This document shows positions 1 through 6,014 of a DNA stretch of 6,014 nucleotides, one piece after another. Each line of letters begins with the position of its first letter. Position 1 is the first letter of the stretch. The notes below the pieces were generated by a model. It searched no databases and was not told where the DNA came from. It worked only from the letters and a program-made list of their open reading frames with translations. The translations under genes were made by a program, and so were the position numbers. The DNA comes from Anthoceros angustus (Eukaryota > Plantae > Anthocerotophyta): assembly GCA_010909165.1 (NCBI GenBank), contig VJWM01000444.1, positions 1 through 6,014 on the forward strand, given 5' to 3'.

Positions 1-200
1 TTGCAAAATGATCAACATGAAGCGTCACACTTACAAGCAAGCGGTAGTGTCTAAACTTCTTACAGTATATGATGCCAAGACCTTCCCTCTCGGTGGTTGA
101 ATAATTTCTCATCCGTAAGTTGCACGCGAAAATTGGATCCGTTTCTTCGTCCGGCTTAAGATGGTCCCAATAGCGTGCGGACATCTCGTATACATGGAAT
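1..200 (-). pseudogene. pol: Ty3/Gypsy RNase H domain of pol (frameshifted, truncated by window edge)
   Basis: Minus strand reads, across small deletions, KPFHVY(V)D(A)SA(H)AIGTILS ... RNYSTTEREGLGIIY..KKFRHY.L....TLHVDH. This matches the D-A-S / NYSTTERE / KFRHYL / TDH-VDH blocks of Ty3 RNase H. Confidence 0.93.
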
Positions 201-1230
201 GGTTTTCCCAATCGGTGGTTGTAGCGTTGGTCGTTCACCAAGCTATCCTTCTTTGAAAACTTCCTTGCCTCATCCATTCAAAGGGCATGTCCTTCTTGGT
301 CAAGCTGCGTCAACAAGGCCGCCTTCTTGGCAAAATCCTTGATGAATCTTCTATAGTAACCTACCAAACCTAAAAGCACGCGCTTCACCGTTTGTGGCGC
401 GTCCATCTCGCTATCAGACACCTTTTCCTATCTACACAAACCCCTCACTTTGAAACTCGATGTGCTAGTAAGATTCCTTCATCATACCAAAATAACACTT
501 CCTGGATGAAGTTTCATGTTCGACTCCTGCATACGGAAACATTGTCTCGGTGCTCGGATGCAATTTCCTTCTTCAAACGCAAAAATCATCTAGGAAGACC
601 TCCATGGACTTCCTCAAAAATCTCGAATATGGCATTCACTACGAAAAGTAGCGGGGCATTGCACAACCCGAAGGCAACTTAGAATAAGCATAGGTACCCC
701 AATCGTTGTGAGCGTCTTGTCTGGTCCTCCTTCCTCGGAGATTTGGTTGTAACCGAATAACCATCAAGCTATACATCTCATGACACCTTGCGGTGTCGAG
801 CATCCATGAAAGGCAAGGGATGGTGGTCCTTCTTTGTGGCCTCGTTAAGCTTCACGAAATCTTGACACACCACTTTCCCTTCTTGTTTCTTTGGCACAAT
901 CACGATGGGTGCCACCCACTCGCTTGTTAATCGGATAAATCGCGCCTCCAAGTCTTGGTCTAGCTGATCCTTGACCACCATAGAGTACTTAGGATTCATC
1001 TATCTTGCTTGATCCTTCAGTCTGCCCTCCTTCAAGTCTATTCGATGTACCCCATTCTTGAATTCTGTCATGTCGGTAATCTTGAAAGCAAATATGTCTA
1101 CATATTCCTAAGCAACCTACAAAACTCCTTCTTCTCTACCACATCTAAGTACCTAGAAATCTTGACTACTTTGCTGGGTTCTAGCTCTAAGTCTACCACG
1201 GCATACGGATCTCGTGGGTACCCTCCGGAC
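201..1230 (-). pseudogene. pol: Reverse transcriptase of pol, including the pre-RT segment and thumb/connection (frameshifted)
   Basis: ORF 778..999 gives MNPKYSMVVKD...SEWVAPIVIVPKK...CQDFVKLNEATKKDHHPLPFMD. Downstream frames give EMYS(F)LDGYSGYNQI, DWGTYAYSKLP(F)GLCNAP, MEVFLDDFCV (FLDD at 585-596), MKLHP.KCYFG..EGILL.HRVSK, and LGLVGYYRRFIKDFAKKAA. The pre-RT segment reads VKISRYLD..EKKEFCRLL.EYVDIFAF...HRIDLKEG. Confidence 0.97.
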
Positions 1231-1519
1231 TACTACCTACCTGTTCACGATACTTCATCGGAAAATCTCGATCATATGCTCTCCCTTTCCAAGGCTACCT
1301 TCCACTGCTCACCTTAGAATCATCTTCTCGGTAGCTTCTACTTGTAGGCAGTACACCAACTTGGGTTTTATTTCCACCACTTGGTGAGGGTCCACGATAA
1401 GCCGGTCACTACCGAGCTTACCCTACCTCTGGTATATCCATCGGACGGGAGTTCGGTTTCCCCTTCGTAGGGTGCCTTGCTCCATGACACAAAAGCTACC
1501 TTGGCTACTCTACAGGACT

Positions 1520-1810
1520 TAAAGGTGATACCACTCGACCAAAATCGAAAACACGCAGTTCCATACAACCAAGGTCTTCCTATCAAGACCTTGTAGCCTA
1601 GATCGACCTTGGTCTCATGACAATGTAGGTAAGATAGAGCGTGAGACCTCCAATCACGGTTGGCACATTTCTCAACACTCCTAACGGTTTCCTTCTGGTC
1701 CCCATCCTCAAGAATACCGAATCGGTGAAACTTGGTGAAGGCGATCGCCGTCTCCTCATCATCAAGTTGACGATCCGAATCTAATGGCACATTGGGCACC
1801 AAGCACCACC
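1520..1810 (-). pseudogene. pol: Retroviral-type aspartic protease domain (frameshifted)
   Basis: VPNVPLDS(G)..VNLM.EETAIA, with the catalytic Asp codon at 1779-1781, and the C-terminal YKVLIGRPWLY motif (about 1560-1600). Both lie within or around ORF 1368..1946. Confidence 0.88.
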
Positions 1811-2644
1811 ACAATTTCGATTTCAATTTACGGTGCCCCGGATCAACAAGCTCAACCACGTTTACCTCCGGATCCATCGGCCTCCTTGGCTCCACAGGCT
1901 GAATTCCCATCGCCTCCTTCACAATTTTGCGGGATCTTGGACTCACATGAGCGCCTCAAGTGACCACAAATTCTCGGTCAAGCAATGCATCGGCCCGGAG
2001 ATCTTATCGACAAGGTTTCCTCCCGTTTGCAGCCCGATGCTGGTCGGCTCCGACCTTATTTTTAACCTCACACCCATGGCCCTCCTATCATTGGGACTCC
2101 ATGGCCGTGATTCACAACCGGGTTCGCAACCTCTACCTCCATCTTTGCATCTTGGTGAGCCTTCTTAGCTCGTCCTCCAACATTGCTACTTCCCTACTAA
2201 TGTCGGGAGGAAACACCTTTCCTCCCCTCCTCCGCTTTCTTGGTAGGTCGCCCTCCCGGCAGACACCTACCACAGTAGTTCCCTCATGGACCTCCTCATT
2301 TTCCTCCTCCTCCCAAATTCCGGCTTCCGAGTCTCCGGTGGCCAAGGTGAGTCCTCCCTCACCTTCCTCTTCTTCGTTCCTCTCGCTCCGCGCTTTTGCG
2401 GTCCTTCTCCGTCGCTCGGATCTAGTGGTGACCTTGGCCGCAACCCTTCTTCCTCACTCATTTCTCCCTCATATCCTTCTTCCACAATCCCAGTACACAT
2501 TGTCTCCATCCAGATCGGTCGCTTCCACCTTCAAAGCGGCGTTGAAGTCACGGTGATAGCGATTTGGGGTTGGAAGGTGCTCATACATTGTAGGCTCTGA
2601 ACCTCACTCTGGACGTGTCGGCACTACCGTGGCACAACACCTCG

Positions 2645-3014
2645 GATCTCAGCCTTGTGTCCCAATTCTTTGCACACTTGGAGAAGGTACATACTGTCTC
2701 TTTGGTTACAGGCAATCATTGGAATAGTGACGGTGCTCCACAATTGTAACAACATCCGGTGGAATTGTTGGTCGTGAGATGGTTACTCTCCATGGACTGG
2801 CGAGGTAGTGGCGAGACCCGTACCTCATGATTGGCGGTCTTTGCGGTTGGTAGGTTGCCCTCATTGGAGGCGGTCGACCTCCGGTTGCTGCACACAGTAA
2901 GCCTCATCCACATACCAATAATCACCGGGCATGGCCGGCTCCACATGATTCACGCATGGCGTGGGGCTCGTATACATTCCGGTTGGTGTGCCCAGATTGG
3001 TGACAAATCGAGCA
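2645..3014 (-). other. Cluster of Gag nucleocapsid zinc knuckles (two clear CX2CX4HX4C, one CX2CX3H-type, one partial)
   Basis: CSICHQSGHTNR(E)C at 2974-3014; (C)ESCGAGHA.GD(Y) at about 2918-2955; CYNCGAP(G)HYSNDC at 2712-2751; (C)QVCKELGHKAE at about 2645-2694. Each needs a 1-2 nt indel repaired. Confidence 0.75.
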
Positions 3015-3321
3015 ATACACCAACTGTCTTGCGGGGAGGCGATCTCGTGTGGCACGATTCTTCACAGCCTTGACTTCCAACTCCGTTAATCGCTTGGTCA
3101 AGGCTTCAACCTGACCCGCAATTCCTCCTCCTGCAGTGGACGTTTCTCCCTTCTCCATCCGCCGCACTGTTTTCCCTTTTCTTTCCTTCTCCAGTGCGCG
3201 CTCAGCCTCCTCTTGCCTCTTCTTAACCTTCTCTAGATCTTTCCTCATCCGTCGTTCGTAGGCTTTCTCAGATTCTTCATCGGATGACGAGTTTTCCTTG
3301 GTACCACTCTCCTCACTCTCG

Positions 3322-3364
3322 GAAGATGAAGATGAAGATGAAGAGGGGAGGAAGAAGAAGAAGA
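3322..3364 (+). repeat. Low-complexity (GAAGAT)3 / (GAA)n tract encoding the poly-Ser linker of Gag on the minus strand
   Basis: gaagatgaagatgaagatgaaga at 3322-3344 and gaagaagaagaaga at 3351-3364. The minus strand reads TCT/TCA Ser codons leading into ESEESGTKENSSSDEESEK. Confidence 0.8.
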
Positions 3365-4695
3365 CAAACTAGATCTCCTGGACCCCTTCCTCTTCTTATG
3401 ACTCCTTCTCTTTTCCTCCTCCTCTGCCGACTCCCACTCTTACGCCATTGCTCCGACCAAAGTTTTAGTCCCTCGTCGACAATGTACCTCCATTTTCCTT
3501 GATAGACCGCTCACAAACCAATCCACGCTTGCTCTGCGTAACCCGATGTGGGAGGATTGCCGAGTCACGGTGCACACTTGGGGACTCGATCCAAATATCC
3601 ATAGAACCGCTCAACGTAATCAAACAATGACTCCCGTTTCTTCCTGCGAAGGGTTCTCAACTTTGCCAAGGTGTGGTGGGCATAGCTGAGCCCTCGAAAG
3701 CGATTCAGGAAGGCAGTCTTCAAAGAATCCCAATCTCTGGGCACTTGCCCGTAAGTACCCTTCTGGGCATGCCCCTCGGCCGGGAAAATCACCGATCAGC
3801 CACGGTGTCCTCCAGATTAGCATGAGACACATGCTCAAAAGTGCGCACAAATGCCTCGCGTCGTCGCCCTTCTTCTTCTCCCCAAACTTGACATATTGTT
3901 GCCAGAGGTTGAGGCAAACCTCCTCCCCTCTGGTTCCACTCATGTTACTTGACACAGACGGAATTCAAGTTACCTCCTCACATGGCGGTCGCCCGATCAA
4001 CCAGCGTTCCCTACGGGATGTCGCACAAAGTCTCGAACACGGCCTGGGTGAGGTGTCCCCTCGGACGCGTCCACCAAGGTAAGTCGAGGTAATCCGGTCA
4101 AGACTAGCGCAAGATCTTGACCACACTTGGAATTACTTTCTCACGCCGTCCTCCCCTCCCTCTTCTTCCTGAAGATGAGCTAGATCCCTAGCTCACGGGT
4201 TCCCAATGTTGAAGGCCCGGCTTCCACAAATGAAGCTCTTAAATTCAACCCGTATCCTCGTTCATGCACCTCTTCTTCACGTTGCCGGCACCAATTCTTC
4301 CTCGACAACCTCCTTTCTTTCGCTTCCATGACCTCGTCGCCCTCTTCTTCACTAGCAAAACCTCCTCCTCTTCTTCGCTCACAGGCGCCCTTGCAAGCAA
4401 GCGCAAAAGCGGCTTCTTCCTCAATTGCCCGTGCCTCTTCTTCCTCTTGAATTGGCTGCGGTTGCACTTTCTTCATGTCGTTCCTCCTTGCAGCTCGTAG
4501 ATCTCTAGCGAGGCGGTGGGCGATCTCCCTCGTTCAACTCTTATCCCTTCCTCCACCTAGACATGCAGCCATCCTCATGACCCCTTCACACGGTGTCAAT
4601 ATGGGAAACCCCCACGTGCCTCCATCGTGGGAGAGTTCACCAACAACAATCAACTACGGAGATGGGTTTCCCCCACCACGTCTATCAAGGCACAA

Positions 4696-4711
4696 GATCC
4701 CGACAGCGCCA
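4696..4711 (-). promoter_or_regulatory. Primer binding site complementary to the 3' end of tRNA-Asp
   Basis: Minus strand reads ...CCACCACA TTTT TGGCGCTGTCGGGATC. The canonical plant tRNA-Asp(GUC)/Athila PBS, recalled from memory, is TGGCGCCGTTGCCGGGGATC. The differences are one C>T at a CpG plus short deletions like those seen throughout the window. The site follows the LTR-terminal CA and a TTTT spacer. Confidence 0.85.
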
Positions 4712-4837
4712 AAAATGTGGTGGGCGGATCCGGGGCTTAGATTCACCACAGCGTCCACACTTATCCCACTTGTCGCTTACGTTGGGTTTCGTCCCATGAG
4801 ATCTTGGTTGGCGGCTGAAGGTTCAACCATGCACACA

Positions 4838-4843
4838 TTTATT
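4838..4843 (-). promoter_or_regulatory. Candidate polyadenylation signal AATAAA in the LTR
   Basis: Minus strand reads GTTGTAAATAAATGTGTG, about 120 nt upstream of the LTR 3' end. The support is positional only. Confidence 0.35.
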
Positions 4844-5440
4844 TACAACCACAGCCCCCTCAACAAGCAAGGCATCATCCCTTCCCTCAACGGCGGCTAC
4901 ACTACTTGCCGAAAATTCACCAATTCACGGCCTACAACGACACGACACTATCGTGCCATGCCTCGAGCGTGGAATCACCGTGGGCACCGAGGACCCCGAT
5001 CCGCACGCAATGTTATCCTCCCACTGGCTACCCTCTTTGGAGCACGTTCTGCTTGTGATTTGGGACACCTCCCTTAGGCTCTGCCTTGGGCCTTGGCTAT
5101 GATCTACACGCTAATTCCCTCCTCAATATTCTTCCTCTACCATCATCAACGCTTTTCTTACTACACCCTACTTACTCTCCTTCCATGACCTCCTACTCTA
5201 ATACCACCATCTAGCTTATTGATTCCAACTCGCCCTTACGGCTGGCACAGGGTCCGTCTGAAACAACAAGTTTTTCCTTGGGCGGTTGCTGTGAGTTACA
5301 CAGGAGAACCTCCGAGTCTTTCCTGCAGTCTACCCTCAAGCCGAGTTCCTTGAGCATCGCCACACACTCAAAGCAAAGCAATTCACCACGGCAACTTTGC
5401 CCTCTTGGATGCGCCACAGCCAACCCTAGATTATTCATCA

Positions 5441-5476
5441 TTCCTAAATTCCTAAATCTATCTACCTACCTACCTA
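5441..5476 (+). repeat. Short tandem repeats in the LTR: (TTCCTAAA)2 followed by (YCTA)5
   Basis: ttcctaaa ttcctaaa tcta tcta ccta ccta ccta, read directly from the sequence. Confidence 0.75.
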
Positions 5477-5499
5477 TTCCCTAATTAATTACCTTCTAA

Positions 5500-5531
5500 T
5501 TATATATATTCCCTATTGGTGAGCATATATA
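5500..5531 (-). promoter_or_regulatory. Candidate TATA boxes of the LTR promoter
   Basis: TATATAT (5531-5525) and TATATAA (5506-5500) lie in the most AT-rich patch of the LTR (about 5430-5560). The transcription start site is not determined. Confidence 0.4.
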
Positions 5532-6014
5532 GTGGATATCCCCTCTATTCTAAATTTCCTTTTTAGCGAGATTGTCATCTACCGTGGTACGCGACTTACC
5601 ACATGCCTTCTTTCAGCCTACCGGCGTAGTGTGGCGACCTACGGTGGTAGTCTGACCTACCAACCTTTGCCCTCCGCCTCGGGGGTCGTTTACCCGTTCT
5701 TCTTCGGATATCCTCTTCGCCTTCCTAACAATATCCTACAACTCCGCTTCAAGATTCTCGATTTCTTGGCATGCTCCTCTTCAATCGTTCCTAGCCAAAA
5801 AAATCAAACTTGTTCGTCTTGGGCTCTTTTGGGCTGGTTGCCCAAACTTTTGCGTTCCACTGCGGCCTGGCTGCAGCGGGTAACTCCTCCTTACAGGTCT
5901 TCCAAGGTATAAGATCTTCATTGATATATAGGGTTATCCATAACATAGACCTAGCCTTCATAACGGAAGGCGATCATCCATAGATAAGCGGGATCATAAT
6001 CCCTTATCCACATC

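Larger units (their letters stand above)
2600..4564 (-). pseudogene. gag: gag polyprotein region (charged N-terminal extension, capsid-like domain, Ser/acidic/basic linker, zinc-knuckle cluster), frameshifted; start codon uncertain (ATG at 4564 or 4476)
   Basis: The capsid-like block at about 3440-3900 reads YVKF...GDDA..FVRTFEHVSHANLED...IFP...DWDSLKTAFLNRFR...LRTLRRKKRESLFDYVERF...VDWFVSGL. It is followed by poly-Ser/ESEE, a basic coiled-coil (ORF 2922..3248) and CCHC motifs. The region sits just downstream of the PBS. Confidence 0.85.
1..6012 (-). mobile_element. Ty3/Gypsy LTR retrotransposon, 5' portion (LTR-PBS-gag-PR-RT-RNase H); Athila/OTA-like non-chromovirus; runs off the window at position 1
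   Basis: Minus-strand order LTR, PBS, gag (capsid-like plus CCHC knuckles), aspartic protease, RT, RNase H, with no integrase between PR and RT. This is the Gypsy order and excludes Copia. Motifs were read across frameshifts. Confidence 0.96.
4716..6012 (-). repeat. 5' long terminal repeat, about 1297 bp
   Basis: The 3' end is fixed by CA directly before TTTT-PBS (4716-4717). The 5' end is proposed at 6012 because the minus strand starts TGTGG there, giving TGTGG...CCACA terminal inverted repeats (TGTGGATAAGGGAT vs TGTGGTGGGCGGAT, sharing TGTGG and GGAT in register). No second LTR or TSD is in the window, so the 5' boundary is unconfirmed. Confidence 0.7.

Noticed and set aside
392-1317. Plus-strand ORFs 392..682 and 1009..1317
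   Set aside because: They are antisense to clearly recognisable RT sequence and have no independent support.
1960-2556. 198-aa plus-strand ORF rich in Ser/Pro/Leu
   Set aside because: It is the antisense shadow of the purine-rich (Glu/Arg/Gly) gag-pol spacer, has no recognisable domain, and its composition is explained by the opposite strand.
4475-5077. 200-aa plus-strand ORF, the longest in the track, crossing the leader, PBS and LTR end
   Set aside because: It is antisense to the element and spans non-coding cis-elements, with no domain signal. Real ORFs in this window are broken by frequent indels, so a long open frame here is more likely chance.
5211-5441. 76-aa Cys-containing minus-strand ORF just downstream of the TATA candidates (possible uORF)
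   Set aside because: It is short, has no motif or regular Cys spacing, and lies within the range expected by chance. Reconsider it only if it is conserved among LTR copies.
5170-5599. GTAAGT splice-donor-like hexamers on the minus strand (5175-5170 and 5599-5594)
   Set aside because: Hexamer matches alone are not evidence of splicing. No matching acceptor could be assigned and no transcript data are available.
6004-6012. Perfect bacterial DnaA box TTATCCACA, with a one-mismatch copy at 5934-5942
   Set aside because: The context is a eukaryotic retrotransposon LTR terminus and the CCACA belongs to the terminal inverted repeat. No oriC-like array is present, so the match is coincidental.
1-6014. 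Integrase, chromodomain, env-like ORF, 3' LTR/PPT, TSD, or prokaryotic features (CRISPR, rRNA, intact tRNA gene)
   Set aside because: None is visible. The 3' half of the element lies outside the window, only 2 nt flank the proposed LTR start, and I found no repeat-spacer array or full tRNA fold.

Overview
The window holds the 5' part of a Ty3/Gypsy LTR retrotransposon on the minus strand. Reading from high to low coordinates, it contains: a probable complete 5' LTR of about 1.3 kb (TGTGG...CCACA, 6012->4716); a TTTT spacer and a tRNA-Asp-type primer binding site (4711->4696); a short leader; a long gag with a charged N-terminal region, a capsid-like domain, a Ser/acidic/basic linker and 3-4 zinc knuckles; then protease (LDSG-type), reverse transcriptase (FLDD catalytic motif) and RNase H, which is cut off by the window edge. 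Integrase and the 3' LTR lie beyond position 1. The PBS and RT signatures point to the plant non-chromovirus (Athila/OTA-like) branch. The coding region is broken every few dozen bases by 1-2 nt deletions, often in homopolymers, while the protein motifs stay well conserved. This looks more like long-read or consensus error than ancient decay, so the true element may be close to intact. All protein readings were done by eye across frameshifts, and no database search was run.
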